Below, in pieces: positions 1 through 11,265 of a DNA stretch of 64,000 nucleotides. How positions within the stretch are numbered: position 1 is the stretch's first letter; each line of letters opens with the position of its first letter. The DNA comes from Ostreococcus lucimarinus (taxonomy: Eukaryota). The notes beneath the pieces were generated by a model. The model had not been told where the DNA came from. It did not search any database and saw only the letters and a program-made list of their open reading frames with translations. Position numbers and translations under genes: made by a program. The DNA lies in NCBI GenBank assembly GCA_000092065.1, contig CP000592.1; one strand, given 5' to 3'.

Positions 1-2
1 CG

Positions 3-467
3 ATGGCGGCCGAGTTACCGTGCGATCAGGGGTCGTTGATACTGTACCCGGCGAGCAAGAAGGCGGCGACGACGCTGCAGGATGGATTAGAAGCGCGCGG
101 GGCGACGGTGGTGCGCCTGAACACGTACTCGACCGAGCGCGTCGAGCGACTGAGCCCCGAGGACGTCGCCGCCGCCGTGCGCGCCGACGTCGTCACTTTC
201 GGAAGCCCCAGCGCCGTTCGCGCCTGGGTCGAGCTCTGCGGCGACGCCCTGTACGAGCGTCTCACCGCCGACGCGCGCGCGCTCCAGCCCGCCTACGTGT
301 GCATCGGCGAAACCTCCGCCGAGGCGTGCGCCAACTGCGAGCTCCCCGACGTCTTCTACCCCGAGCTCCCCGGCATCGAGGGCTGGGCCGAAACCGTGTT
401 CCTAGCCCTGGACATGCCCGTCGACGACCGTTGGGACGGCGTCGATCTCACGCGCTACCGCGCCTAG
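3..467 (+). CDS. Uroporphyrinogen-III synthase (HemD-like), C-terminal part; the 5' end probably lies outside the window
   Basis: The translation LILYPASKKAATTLQDGLEARGATVVRLNTYST..VVTFGSPSAVRAWVEL matches the C-terminal repeat of HemD/UROS. The ORF ends at a TAG at 465-467. The ATG at position 3 may be an internal Met. Confidence 0.45.
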   Translation: MAAELPCDQGSLILYPASKKAATTLQDGLEARGATVVRLNTYSTERVERLSPEDVAAAVRADVVTFGSPSAVRAWVELCGDALYERLTADARALQPAYVCIGETSAEACANCELPDVFYPELPGIEGWAETVFLALDMPVDDRWDGVDLTRYRA

Positions 468-485
468 CGTTCGCCTCCGTAGCCG

Positions 486-821
486 ATGTCGCCGCGAGCC
501 GCACTTCAGCGCGCCATGTTCGCCCTCGCGTCCGCCGTCGCCCCCCCGATCGCGCGCTTCCGCATCAACCGCGCCCATTCCCGCGCCGTTCGCTGTCGCG
601 CGGCGTCCTACGACGCGCTCTCGGGCTATCAAAAGAACCGCATGGCGCAGGCCAAGACGGATGCCGATTGGGCCGCCATCGAAAAAGACGTCCCCGGCGC
701 GCGCGCGATGCACGCCGCGGCGCAGAGAACGACCCAGGCGCAGAGCACGACCAAGACCGATCCCATGGACCAGCTCTGCGCCGACGATCCGGGCGCGATC
801 GAGTGCAAGGCGTTCGATTGA
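486..821 (+). CDS. Hypothetical small ORF (111 aa) with a hydrophobic N-terminus; it could instead be BRO1 promoter/5' region
   Basis: ATG at 486. Third codon positions are strongly G/C, which is typical of coding sequence in this genome. No recognisable domain. Confidence 0.2.
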   Translation: MSPRAALQRAMFALASAVAPPIARFRINRAHSRAVRCRAASYDALSGYQKNRMAQAKTDADWAAIEKDVPGARAMHAAAQRTTQAQSTTKTDPMDQLCADDPGAIECKAFD

Positions 822-1043
822 TTCGATCGATGCGATCGCGTCGAGGCGCCAGCGCTGGCGTCGATCATCGTGATTTTTATTATTATTATACGGAGCATGC
901 GCGCACACGAGACGGTTACGAAGAATTATAATGTTATTGCTACTGTTTGTACATAGCTCCGTTTGTCCGAAATTCGTTACACGGCGCGCCGGTGCCCATC
1001 GCGACGACCGCGATCCGCCGCACTCCGCGGCGCGACGTCGACG

Positions 1044-3501
1044 ATGTACTACGGCGCGCCGTCGAAGCGGGTGCGCGGACGCGCGCGCGACGACGACGCG
1101 CGACGACGCGCGAACGAACGCGCGAACGGGACGAGCGTCGACTGACCGAGATACGAACGACGCGCAGGGCGTCCCGACGGACATCGCGAGCGCGCTGCAC
1201 GCGCACGCGAGCGAAGCGCTCTCGCCCGACGACGCCGACGGCGCGGCGGGAGATTTCGCGGAGACGCAGCGGCTGCGCGACGCGGCGACGACGAGCGCGA
1301 ACGAAGGGAGCGAAGACGTCGAGGCGTTCGCGGAGTATTATCGCGCGCTGCGAGCGTTGGAGTCGAGGATACCGATATCCGAGGGCGCGGGACACGCGAG
1401 GGTGGAGTTTGAGTGGTTCGACGTCGGTCGAGGGGTGAAGGCGGCGCCGGGGACGATCGCGTCGAGGGACGCGGAGTACGAAAAGTGCGCGGTGTTGTAC
1501 AATTACGCGGCGGCGTTGTCCAGGCGAGGGGCGCGAGAGGCGAACGCGGGAAGGTCGGATGAGGGGATAAAGCGCGCGTGTGCGGCGTTTCAGCAGTCCG
1601 CGGGAGCGTTTGAGATGTTGGCGGATGTGAGCGAGCGAAAGCTCGGGCAGTTTGCGGCGAGCGCCGACGTCGGGCGAGATTTTTGTGAGACGATGATCAA
1701 GCTTCACTTGGGGCAAGCGCAAGAGTGCTTTTACGAAAAGGCAAAGGCAAAGAAGAGCAGTCACGCTATAGTCTCGAAGTTGGCGCAACAGGCGCGAGTG
1801 TACTACGAAGACGCGTTGGAGGGGGCGGGGAAATTGGTTGGGTACTTGGACGAAGACTTGACGCAATACTTGAACTTCAAGCGCGCGTACGTCGGTGCGG
1901 AGGCGTTTCGACTCGCCGGAAAGATCGTGTTAGACGCCGACGAAACAAACGTCGGACCCGCTGTCGCGAGATTGCGTCAAGCGCGAGATTTACTCGCGCA
2001 GACGATTCGAGACGCGCGCGTCGTGTCGAGCGACGCTGAACTCGAGCGAACGAAAAAATTTATAGACGAAGTCATCGCGCCCGAACTCAAGGCTGTCGAG
2101 CGCGATAACGAGTGCGTGTACATGGAACGCGTGCCAAAGTTTGAGGATTTGCCCGCGCTCGCGGCAGCGAACATGGTGAAACCAATTCAACCGCCCGCCG
2201 AACATCTCTCTCCAGTCGACGTGAAGCTCTTCCAAAGCATCGTTCCCGACAGCGGCGCCAAGGCACTGAGTCGGTACACCGAGATGGTGGATGAATTGAT
2301 TCGAAACGAAACCGACACGCTCGCTATGGCTAGTGACGAAGCCCGCGTGGCTTTGCGCGAGATGGAGCTTCCCGAAACTCTCATCGCTTTGTCGACGCCC
2401 GTACCGCTCGGCGGCGATTTAGAAGAACGAGTCGGCGCATTCCGCTCATCCGGGGGCGCGGGTGCGTTATCGGCAAGTCTCTCTCGCGTGGACGAGCTCA
2501 ATCGTCAATGCTCAAATATCGTGCAAACAATTCGTGAGACTTTGGACACAGAGGCCGCGGAAGATGCCGCATCGCGCGCTGTCCACGGCGAAGGCGCGTG
2601 GCGTCGGGAAGCGTCGTCGTCCAAAAATAGAGAAATGATGCAAGTGTTGAAGCGCTACGAGGTCGATTTAGAAGTCGCGACGAAGAGCGATACCCAACTT
2701 AAAGAACGCCTTGAAGGCGCTGGAGGCGTGCTGGAGGTGCTTTCTGAGGAGAACATCAAGAATAACGCGCCGACGTTGACTCAACCCTTGGCGCTCTTGG
2801 AGGATGACGCCTCCGTGGCGTCGGAAATGCAAGCAACTTTGGAAGATCTCGAAGCCATCGGAAACGAGCGAGCTGGGATCGAAGAGTTGATGCGTAAGAC
2901 AAAGTCGGAAGACAACATCCTCACAAAGCTCATGGCGCAATCGGGCGAAAGTCTCGACGCTCTTTTCAAAGAAGAGATGAAGAAATACGACCAAAGTAAG
3001 GATGGCGTTATGCTCAACATTTCAAAGCAAGCGGACGCGCTCTCTCGTTTGCGCACGTTGCACGAAAAGTTCGTCACGATTTACGACATTGAAGCACTAC
3101 GACGGGATGTTGAATCGCACGAGCATAGCGTACGCCACGCATTGTCTATTGTCGGCGATTTGCGCTCAGGAATGGAGCAAGGCGTTCGATTCTATTCGGG
3201 ATTTCTTGACGCAGCGCGTCGCACGCTGACGGACGTTCAAGAGTACGCGAGTGCGCGTCGACTGGAAAAAGAAGCGATCGCCGAAGAGCTGCGCGTTCAA
3301 AAAGCACGCGCTGACGAGCGTGCGGCGCAGATGGCTACTCAAATGAACCAGATGCACTTTCACCAGCCGCCGCCTCCGCCGCAACAGTACTACCATCCTT
3401 CGGCCCCCGCGTATCCTTCGCCCGCCTATGGCGCTCAACCCCCGCCTCCTCATTGGCAAAACCAGCCAGGAAGGTATGCGAACTGGGAAAATCAATCTTG
3501 A
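1044..3501 (+). CDS. BRO1-domain protein (ALIX/PDCD6IP/Bro1-like) with a Pro/Tyr-rich C-terminus; proposed exons 1044..1070 and 1168..3501
   Basis: The BRO1 domain aligns to ALIX (CAVLYNYAAALS, GAFEMLAD, KLHLGQAQECFYEKA). The C-terminal PPPPPQQYYHPSAPAYPSPAYGAQPPPP resembles the ALIX proline-rich region. The ORF-track ATG at 931 gives a non-BRO1 N-terminus. A 27-nt first exon (ATG at 1044, donor GTGCGC at 1071, CTGAC at 1142, CAG at 1165-1167) joins in frame and yields MYYGAPSKR|GVPTDIASAL, which matches the ALIX N-terminus LKKTSEVDLAKPL. Confidence 0.8.
1071..1167 (+). other. Predicted intron 1 of the BRO1 gene (97 nt)
   Basis: Donor GTGCGC, branch-point CTGAC at 1142-1146, acceptor CAG at 1165-1167. 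Exon 2 starts in frame with the long ORF. Confidence 0.5.
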
Positions 3502-3591
3502 TTACGAAACGCAGCATTGTACAATGTTTACAGTCTCTACGAATCTCGTCTAAAAAAGCTAGCGTAAAGTAGCGTTGTGAGAATCTCATCT

Positions 3592-6500
3592 TTAGGAGAG
3601 ATCAAAGCTTCCTTGCCCCTCGCTCATCGCGTAAGTTAAACGTTCCAGCATGATTTCCTTGCATGAGTACGGCGGAAGCTTTAAGTAACTCGCGCAAGTC
3701 ATCGCAGAAGGCAAGTCGCCGTCCGCCAGCGGCGTTCCGGCCGCGACGGGAGCAGAGTCGATGGATGACAAACCAACCGTTGAGGAAGGTTGCTTGCAAA
3801 CCACAGTGAGACGCGGTTGAAGTGACGCTAGGCCGCCAGGAGGAAGCCTCGGTGCACCAGTGACGAATCGCATGAATGACCGTTGTTGATTCGGCGTGAA
3901 AGCACTGAGAATGTCACAGAAGTTCTTGATCGGCGGAGAAAGCGCATTGTAGCCGTGATCAAAAGTAATGCACTCGGTGAGCATTTCTGGCGTCCACTGT
4001 TCACCTTGTCCGCAAATGACTGCTTCCAGTTCGCTTTCGTTGAACATCTGCAGCCTAGCGAGAGGAACGACTTGTTCCAAACCAGTACGAACTGATTCAA
4101 AATAAGCCGCGACGCCAGATCCTACGCACGCGTCGACGATGGTGTCCACGTACTCTCGCAAGTTGACCTCGTTCACGCCAACTTCCGAACCACCCTTGAT
4201 GAGTTCCATGGAAGCTCCCGGGATGACAAACGTGAGACACAGGTCTTCGATATTCACTCCGTCAACAGTGACGTTTCTCCATTCACTTTCGGGTCGACCT
4301 TCGCGCTTCATGGTCTCGATCTCATTCGCGGCTGCGTCGAGTCGTCGCAACGTGTTTCCGAGACCAGGATCAATTTCGATGAGATCGTGGAGTCCCAGCG
4401 ATCGCCCGAGAAGCATTCGATAAAACGCCGGCGCCAGAGGTAAATCTAGCATTCGACCATCTTGTAAAACTTTGCCTATCGATTGACCAAGAAGTTTGAA
4501 GTTCTTCAGACGACTTGCGTGAGTCTTGCCGCCGAGCCGAGGCGGGGTGATTGGCGCCGGGAACAAACCGTGAGGAGCTACGACGAGATCATCCTCGTTT
4601 GCCACACCAGAGTCCCGCCAGAGATTCAACTTGCGACGCTTGAACTGCTTCGATAGCAAGGTGAAGAACTCAAGCGTTGGTCCAGTACCAGTGCCCACCT
4701 CTTCGAAAAACTCGACCTCTAGCACCATCTTGAGCGTGTTTGGAATGTCGAACACCTTCTTTGCGCTTTCGAAGATTTGCCCTCGATTCACTCGGACTTT
4801 TTGTCGCTGTAAACGACCGATTCGAATTTCGCGTCCACCATCTGTAGTTACCGCCCCACTATCGCTCCCATTGCCATGGAGGTGATGGAGCGTGCGAGAC
4901 AGAGAAAAGGAGACGCATTTGAAGAGCTTGTGACGAAGCTCGAAAGGGAACAACCAAGGGCAGACTCGAGCGAGTGCAGTGCACCACGTCGGCGTCGCTG
5001 ACCCGCAAAGCGTCAAAGTATCTTGCAACTGACGCGCGAGCTTTCCAGTGAGCTTTCCATGAATGAACGATTCTTCAGGCAACGAAACATTGCGAGCCGT
5101 AACGAGCGGTTCGTCGCCGTCCAAGAGTAAAATGCGAGACGCTGAAGTGCTCATTTCGTGCAAGACGCTCAAGACGACGAGAAGGTCATTGAACTGCGGA
5201 GACGCATCTTCGTTCGCCACGGCAACTTTCAACCTATCGCAGAGAGCGGGAACAAGAGAGCCAAGCGCCGCTCTGTATTCGCTATTGCCTAACTCAGCAA
5301 TGGTTTCATTCATCTTCGTCGCGTCGTCCTTTGAGTCGTCCACCACGCCGCCGAGTTGCAGAGGCATGGGAACGATATCCGAGGACTTTGCGGCCCGATA
5401 CACAATCGTATTTGTCTTTTCCCAGTTCGTTTCAGTCATCGTCATTCCTTCCTTGCGCGCGATCGTGGAGATAGCTTGCAGCAGCGTCGTCGCCGAGTTC
5501 AACTCTTCGCCATTCACTGAGAACACGAGTCGATTTGTCTCGTTTGCAGCGGCAGCTCGAGCTGCGAAAGAGTCTGATCGATTCGGTTCCTGCGCATCAT
5601 CTTCCAGTTGTGGATCTTCCTGTTGAATATCTTCGTTCGTCAAATCCAATTCTCGACCATCTGCCTCTCCATCGTCTCCCAAAACGGCATCCTCGTCGTC
5701 CTCGCTCATTTCCTCATCCTCGTCGTCATCCTCGTCATCCTCGTCGTCGTCATGCTCCATCTCTGGCGGGGGCGATAACCGAGACGACCTTCGAGGTGGC
5801 GCAGGAGCACCTCTCAATTTATACACACGAGGATACAAGAAGTCTTCAATCGCGCTCAGCGTCGCGAATGGCTCCACCAACACGACGTTGTTTGAGTAAT
5901 CGGTGAAATTCTCCGCGCCCTGATTCGCGCGCTTGAATCTCACCTTGAACGGTCGGACTAAGCCAGCAAGATTGGAGTCATCTCCGGAGCTATCGCGACC
6001 ACGTCGAGCGAACGACGGTTGAATCGTCGTCACAGCGATCGACAAGTCTTCGCACGATGCCAAAGCGTCTGAAAGATGCCTAATCAGGCTTGCAAACGCG
6101 CCTGTATTTTTTGTACGTCCGGCTGCCTTGATGAATGTCGCATACCTTCTCACGAGCGCTCGCGTATCCTTCCAATCTCGCGGAACAAGATACTCTCTAA
6201 GTGCGGTAACGGCATCGCTCTCTAAAAGCTCGAACGTACTGGCATTGGAGACAGACTCTAAGAACTCAACCACAGAGGTGGCGTCGCCAGTCATTCGCAG
6301 GGTCGCGCTTGCTCGTCGTAGACGATCCACACTTGGATCTTCCGCGTCAGCTAACTGCTCCGCATTGACGAAAAACTTTTCATACACTTGCCTTGCACGT
6401 GCCAGTGCTTCTCGATATTCCGGACCATCCGTCGTCATAGCCGCCGCGCGCGCGGCGATGCCTCGCGAGCCACCGCCGAGCGCTGGAACGAGTCCAACGG

Positions 6501-8871
6501 GAGTCTTTGTCGTATCTCTTGCTCGTTCTTTTGTAGATGTGGACTTGTCCATGACGTCTGAGAGTCGTTCGTACTCTTCGGATAGTTTCTTCAACGCGTG
6601 TACGGCGCCCTCCTTTCGGAGTAATTTGGCCATGTCTACCATCTTTTTTCCCATCCCAGATTCCACGAGGTCCAAGCAGCCTTGAATTCGCTGCGCATCC
6701 TTGCACGAGAGCTGAGCGGAGCAAAAGGCCGCGAAAGAAGTCGTCTCTAAGACATTCTTGAAAGAATCGTCCGTCGAAAGCTGCGTCCACTTCGTGAGAG
6801 CGGATAAACACTTCACCTTGACTGCCTGAGGCACGCTAGAGTCAACCGCTTGCATCAAGACGTTCGTCAGGTGCTTCGCGTACTTGACCAATAACTCTGG
6901 TTCTTGCTTGGTCAACACTGGAACATTCTTCTCGCACAGTGACGCATCCTTCTCGCGCTTATTCCCAGAACGCGGTGACGATCGCATCCGTGGACCAACA
7001 GCCGGTAACAAAGCATCGGCGAGCGTGGCAACCTCGAGCAACTGCTCCGAAGTCACGATTGGCGAAGCCAAACCGCTGCTCGCGGGAGACGCTGACGATG
7101 GACCAGTGTTCATCGTCGTGAGAACCTTGCATCCAGATAGTGCGACAGATAAAGTTTCTGGTAAACCTTGTCGAAGAAGTTCGATGGCGACATCGGGATT
7201 GTGCACTGTGCAAACGTTCAGTAGCTTGATGAGCGAGTGATGCGTCGCCGGATTGACTGAACGCACCGAGTGCGGGGCGATGAGATTCACGACGTTCGCC
7301 ACGACACCGCTCTCACACAAACGAACGATTCGAGTTTCAGAATCTTTCGCCATTTTCGCAGCCAAATTCGTCAAGCATGTGCACGCGCAGTCTACCAGAC
7401 GAGGATCGTCGTGAGATAAAAGGTTTGCTAAGATTGGCACGGCGTCCATAGCACCGTCCAAGGCTGAGCTCGGAAGCTGTCGACAAATGTTCGCCGCAGT
7501 CTGCAAGCTTACACGTTGCATGCCGATGGAGAAAAAGTCCAAATACGACAAGCAAGCGATCAGAGCGCCTTGTCGCGCGCATTCTGCGCCGTAATCTTGA
7601 CTCAGCTTTTCCAACGCCTGCAGTGACTGCTCGGCGAGATCGATGTACTCAATTGTGAGCAAACGCGAGCAAAACTGGGGCAACGCGCCGTGATGAACGA
7701 TGGCTCCTCGTGAGGGAGGCATCACGTCCGCCATCGTCGTCAGTGCGCGTGCGGCGAGGAGCATAATGTCTGGCATATACTCCATCGTCATCAACTCGAT
7801 CAAAGCCGGAACAAAGGAATCGAGGGGCATGCTCATCATCAACTCCTCCCCCGAAATCACCAAGACCTCGTTGAGCTCGCTCAAAGCCGCCATTTGCGCC
7901 GAGGGATCGTCCATTTGTTTCAAACCGCGTAAGATCTCTTTCAATTTGCTCGAACTTTGACGAAACAATCCTCCACCCGCCCCGCTGGCGGCCGCCGCGT
8001 TGCCCAGACGCCGCAAGAGCGCTCGCAAGCCAGCCTCTGGGTCGTCTCGGTCCATGGCGTCTCGTAACTCGTCCATATCATCATCCATCTCGTGATCCAT
8101 ATCCTCGTCGTCCTCGTCGTCTTCTTCGTCGTCTTCATCATCGCTCTCGTCCTCGCCATCCCCAGATTCATCTTCAGAGTCGTTCTCGGAGTCGTCGCCG
8201 TCGTCGTAGTCGTCGTCGTCCTCGTAAAACCCGTCCCAGGCCCCGTCGCCGCCCTCGCCCTCTCCCGCGTCCTGTCCACCTCGACCCTCGCGATTCGCGC
8301 GTCCATCGCGTCCACAATTATTTTCAGACGTCTTCTTCGCTCCTCGACCATCGTGTCCATCGCTAACGCGCGTCGGCTTCCCCCCTCGTTCGCCCCTTTC
8401 GCCGCCACCGCGCTCTCTCGCCTTCCCGCTCGTCGACGTCGTCTCCACCCCCCGACCGATCGACTCGACGTTCTGCTCGATCTTATCCTTCTTTTTTGTC
8501 TCACTTTTCGTTTTCACCCTCTTCGTCTTCGCTCGCGCGCCGCGCTCGTTCGCCGTCGCGTTCGCTCGTTCGCCGTCGCCGCGTTCGCCGTCGCCGCGCC
8601 GAGAGATCTTCTTCTTTTGCCCATCGCGACTTTTCTTCCGCGTCCGCGTCTTCGCCAGCACCGCGCGCTCATTTTCTGCGGTCTTGACGTCTTTCGCGCG
8701 CTTGCGTTTCCCCACCACGGCTTGCACGTCCGCGTTCGCGTCGAGCGCGCGCGTTTTCGTCGCGCTCGGCGATGCGTCGGCACGCCGCGCGCGCGACGTT
8801 TTCGACGATTTACGCGTCGCCGGGGACGCCGCGAGCGGCAACAGCGCGTCCAGAGGGACGTGTGAAGACAT
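3592..8871 (-). CDS. HECT-type E3 ubiquitin ligase with N-terminal armadillo repeats (UPL3/KAKTUS/TRIP12-like)
   Basis: The C-terminal HECT domain is clear (FVTGAPRLPPGGLASLQP, TCASYLKLPPYSCKEIMLERLTYAMSEGQGSFDLS). ARM-like repeats and long D/E tracts lie further N-terminal. The first ATG is at 8869-8871; the ORF-track start at 8874 is a GTG. Confidence 0.9.
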   Translation of the reverse strand: MSSHVPLDALLPLAASPATRKSSKTSRARRADASPSATKTRALDANADVQAVVGKRKRAKDVKTAENERAVLAKTRTRKKSRDGQKKKISRRGDGERGDGERANATANERGARAKTKRVKTKSETKKKDKIEQNVESIGRGVETTSTSGKARERGGGERGERGGKPTRVSDGHDGRGAKKTSENNCGRDGRANREGRGGQDAGEGEGGDGAWDGFYEDDDDYDDGDDSENDSEDESGDGEDESDDEDDEEDDEDDEDMDHEMDDDMDELRDAMDRDDPEAGLRALLRRLGNAAAASGAGGGLFRQSSSKLKEILRGLKQMDDPSAQMAALSELNEVLVISGEELMMSMPLDSFVPALIELMTMEYMPDIMLLAARALTTMADVMPPSRGAIVHHGALPQFCSRLLTIEYIDLAEQSLQALEKLSQDYGAECARQGALIACLSYLDFFSIGMQRVSLQTAANICRQLPSSALDGAMDAVPILANLLSHDDPRLVDCACTCLTNLAAKMAKDSETRIVRLCESGVVANVVNLIAPHSVRSVNPATHHSLIKLLNVCTVHNPDVAIELLRQGLPETLSVALSGCKVLTTMNTGPSSASPASSGLASPIVTSEQLLEVATLADALLPAVGPRMRSSPRSGNKREKDASLCEKNVPVLTKQEPELLVKYAKHLTNVLMQAVDSSVPQAVKVKCLSALTKWTQLSTDDSFKNVLETTSFAAFCSAQLSCKDAQRIQGCLDLVESGMGKKMVDMAKLLRKEGAVHALKKLSEEYERLSDVMDKSTSTKERARDTTKTPVGLVPALGGGSRGIAARAAAMTTDGPEYREALARARQVYEKFFVNAEQLADAEDPSVDRLRRASATLRMTGDATSVVEFLESVSNASTFELLESDAVTALREYLVPRDWKDTRALVRRYATFIKAAGRTKNTGAFASLIRHLSDALASCEDLSIAVTTIQPSFARRGRDSSGDDSNLAGLVRPFKVRFKRANQGAENFTDYSNNVVLVEPFATLSAIEDFLYPRVYKLRGAPAPPRRSSRLSPPPEMEHDDDEDDEDDDEDEEMSEDDEDAVLGDDGEADGRELDLTNEDIQQEDPQLEDDAQEPNRSDSFAARAAAANETNRLVFSVNGEELNSATTLLQAISTIARKEGMTMTETNWEKTNTIVYRAAKSSDIVPMPLQLGGVVDDSKDDATKMNETIAELGNSEYRAALGSLVPALCDRLKVAVANEDASPQFNDLLVVLSVLHEMSTSASRILLLDGDEPLVTARNVSLPEESFIHGKLTGKLARQLQDTLTLCGSATPTWCTALARVCPWLFPFELRHKLFKCVSFSLSRTLHHLHGNGSDSGAVTTDGGREIRIGRLQRQKVRVNRGQIFESAKKVFDIPNTLKMVLEVEFFEEVGTGTGPTLEFFTLLSKQFKRRKLNLWRDSGVANEDDLVVAPHGLFPAPITPPRLGGKTHASRLKNFKLLGQSIGKVLQDGRMLDLPLAPAFYRMLLGRSLGLHDLIEIDPGLGNTLRRLDAAANEIETMKREGRPESEWRNVTVDGVNIEDLCLTFVIPGASMELIKGGSEVGVNEVNLREYVDTIVDACVGSGVAAYFESVRTGLEQVVPLARLQMFNESELEAVICGQGEQWTPEMLTECITFDHGYNALSPPIKNFCDILSAFTPNQQRSFMRFVTGAPRLPPGGLASLQPRLTVVCKQPSSTVGLSSIDSAPVAAGTPLADGDLPSAMTCASYLKLPPYSCKEIMLERLTYAMSEGQGSFDLS

Positions 8872-9081
8872 CACGCGCGATCGCGCGCCGAGACGTGCGA
8901 ACGCTCGTGCGCGCGCGATGCGTGCGCGCGAAGTTGTGCGGCGCGAGGCGGCGACGAGGCGGCGACGAGGTCGCGAGGCGACGACTCGTTAAAACGCGCG
9001 AAAGCGAAGTCTTCAACGCGAACTCATCGGCGATGATGGGTCACAAAACAAAATCTACGCGATTCGCGATTCGAAGCGAAA

Positions 9082-9840
9082 TCAAAGCACGCCGGACTTG
9101 ACGATCTTGACCTCCTTGACCGGGCGGTCGCCGCGCGCCGTCGGGTTGGCTTCGATGGCGCGGACCACGTCCATCCCCTCCACGACGTTCCCGAACACGA
9201 CGTGCTTGCCGTTTAACCACGGCGTCGCCGCGGTGGTGATAAAAAATTGCGAACCGTTCGTGTTCGGGCCGGCGTTGGCCATCGACAGCACCCCCGGTCC
9301 GACGTGCGGAATCGCGAACGTCTCGTCCTCGAACTTGCCGCCGTAAATCGAATAGCCGCCGCGGCCGTCGCCGCGTTGGAAATCCCCACCCTGCAGCATG
9401 AAATTCGGGATCACGCGATGGAAGATTGAATTCTCGTACCCGAATCCCTTCTCTCCCGTCGCGAGCGCTTTGAAATTCGCCACCGTCTTCGGCGCTTCTT
9501 CGCCGAACAAACCGATGACGACGCGTCCCGCCGGCGCGTCGCCGATGGTGACGTCAAAGTACACCTTATCCGTCACGTTCAGCGCGCACAGCAGCGGCGC
9601 GGTGTCTTTAGTCGCGCATGTCTTCTGCTCGTCCTCGGCGCGCGCGCCGCGCGACGCGAGGGACGCCGCGGCGAGCGTCGTCGTCGACAGCACAAAGTCA
9701 CGGCGGTTTCGCGACGCGTTCGCGTCGTCGCCCGCGCGCGCGCGCGTCGCGGTCGCGCGTCGGCGCGTCGTGGACGTCGCGATCGGCGTCTTCGGCGTCG
9801 CGCGCGGGCTCGCGGCGGCGCGCGCGACGAGGCAAGGCAT
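9082..9840 (-). CDS. Cyclophilin-type peptidyl-prolyl isomerase with a twin-arginine thylakoid-lumen targeting signal (CYP20-2/TLP20-like)
   Basis: The cyclophilin core is clear ([30 protein letters not shown]). The N-terminal extension contains [23 protein letters not shown], with an RRxFL motif, a hydrophobic stretch and an AxA cleavage site. ATG at 9838-9840. Confidence 0.88.
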   Translation of the reverse strand: MPCLVARAAASPRATPKTPIATSTTRRRATATRARAGDDANASRNRRDFVLSTTTLAAASLASRGARAEDEQKTCATKDTAPLLCALNVTDKVYFDVTIGDAPAGRVVIGLFGEEAPKTVANFKALATGEKGFGYENSIFHRVIPNFMLQGGDFQRGDGRGGYSIYGGKFEDETFAIPHVGPGVLSMANAGPNTNGSQFFITTAATPWLNGKHVVFGNVVEGMDVVRAIEANPTARGDRPVKEVKIVKSGVL

Positions 9841-9882
9841 GTCGAGCGTTGGAATGACGTCACAAGGCGACGCGCGTCGACG

Positions 9883-11265
9883 ATGAGATCCTTCACCGTG
9901 CGCGCGGAGAGCGCGTCTCGAGGCGCGGCGAACGAGCTGCGACGAAGCCCGGGCTCGCGCCGAGGGCCGAAGCGCAAGATCGTGCCCATACCGAGCGCGA
10001 GCGCGGCGAAAACGGCGGACGAGGACGAGGACGAGGACGGAGGTCTGGAGTACGAGCGTGATTTTCGCGCGGAAGCGCCGCGCGGAGGCGAACGAAGCGC
10101 GAGCCTGACGTCGGCGACGGCGAGGGCGAAAGCGGACGCGACGCACGTGCCGTTCGTGGCGCCGAGACTGGCGATCGGGATCGCGAGCGATGTGCTGGAA
10201 CGGCTGTCGCGCGGGCCCGAGGACGGGTTCCGGGACGTCGCGGATTTCGCTCGGAAGCTCGGAAGCTCGAACGACGTGCTGGGTGACATTCAGAGGCGCA
10301 CGGAGGAAGAGATCGATCGGTTGGAGGCGATCGGGGTGAAGGCGACGGCGCCGGTGCGGGAGATGGTGAAGGGGACGCTGCCGGAGGAGGTGTACGAAAA
10401 GTATCTCGCGCCGGCGGTGGAGTACGCGGAGCGCGAAGGATCGACGGAACGCGCGCGAGGCGAGGGCGAGGGCGAGGGCGTGAGTCACGATGATGAATTC
10501 AACGATGATGCGGTGAACGCGGCGGCGGATGCGGTGGCGGCGGCGATGGCGGGGATGGACGTCGGCGAGACGGACGCCGCGAGCGCGTCCGCGAGCGCGT
10601 CCGCGTCCGCCGCCAAGGCGGAACCGAGCGCGGAAGAAAACTTCGAAAACATGGCTGCCGATGCGATAATGTCTAGCAGCACGATGTCGGCGTCGTACAC
10701 GGCGCCAGAGACGACGTACGGCGCCCAGGCTCCGGACGTGCCCAAGCGCGCGCCGACCCCGGTGCCCGTGCCCGTCGAACCCGTCGCCGCGACGCCAGCG
10801 GCGTCCGAGCCGATCTCCACCGAAGCTTTCGACAAAACCGTGGGTTACTGGCGCAAAATCTCCGCCGAGTGCCCCGACGAAGAGCCTTTGATGGACATCA
10901 TGGACATGAACGTCGTCTTCCGTCAAGCCGCCGGTTTGCTCAACTACCTGCGCGTCTCCCGCCCGACGCCCACGTCCTGGTCCGTCGCCTCCAACGCCGG
11001 CATCATCTCCATCGAAGAGTCGTACCCGATCGACGGCACCCCGACCGCGACCCCTCGTCGGGACTTGCGCTCGGGCGACCAAACCGGCGTCGTCTCCGCC
11101 GACGCCGACGTCGTCGTCCTCTCCATCGCCTGGTCCGACCCTCTCGCCGGTCGCCAGACGGAAACCTTCCGCGTCGACGACGACGGCGCGCTCGTCCGCG
11201 ACGTCCGCGTCACCCTCGACGGCGGCGACGAGTGGTCCGGCGTCTATCGCTACGCGCGCGCGTAG
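9883..11265 (+). CDS. Hypothetical protein (460 aa), possibly organelle-targeted; the middle is acidic and Ala/Ser-rich
   Basis: ATG at 9883. The translation looks protein-like ([36 protein letters not shown]). The overlapping 739-aa minus-strand ORF is real only over its cyclophilin part. Confidence 0.55.
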   Translation: MRSFTVRAESASRGAANELRRSPGSRRGPKRKIVPIPSASAAKTADEDEDEDGGLEYERDFRAEAPRGGERSASLTSATARAKADATHVPFVAPRLAIGIASDVLERLSRGPEDGFRDVADFARKLGSSNDVLGDIQRRTEEEIDRLEAIGVKATAPVREMVKGTLPEEVYEKYLAPAVEYAEREGSTERARGEGEGEGVSHDDEFNDDAVNAAADAVAAAMAGMDVGETDAASASASASASAAKAEPSAEENFENMAADAIMSSSTMSASYTAPETTYGAQAPDVPKRAPTPVPVPVEPVAATPAASEPISTEAFDKTVGYWRKISAECPDEEPLMDIMDMNVVFRQAAGLLNYLRVSRPTPTSWSVASNAGIISIEESYPIDGTPTATPRRDLRSGDQTGVVSADADVVVLSIAWSDPLAGRQTETFRVDDDGALVRDVRVTLDGGDEWSGVYRYARA

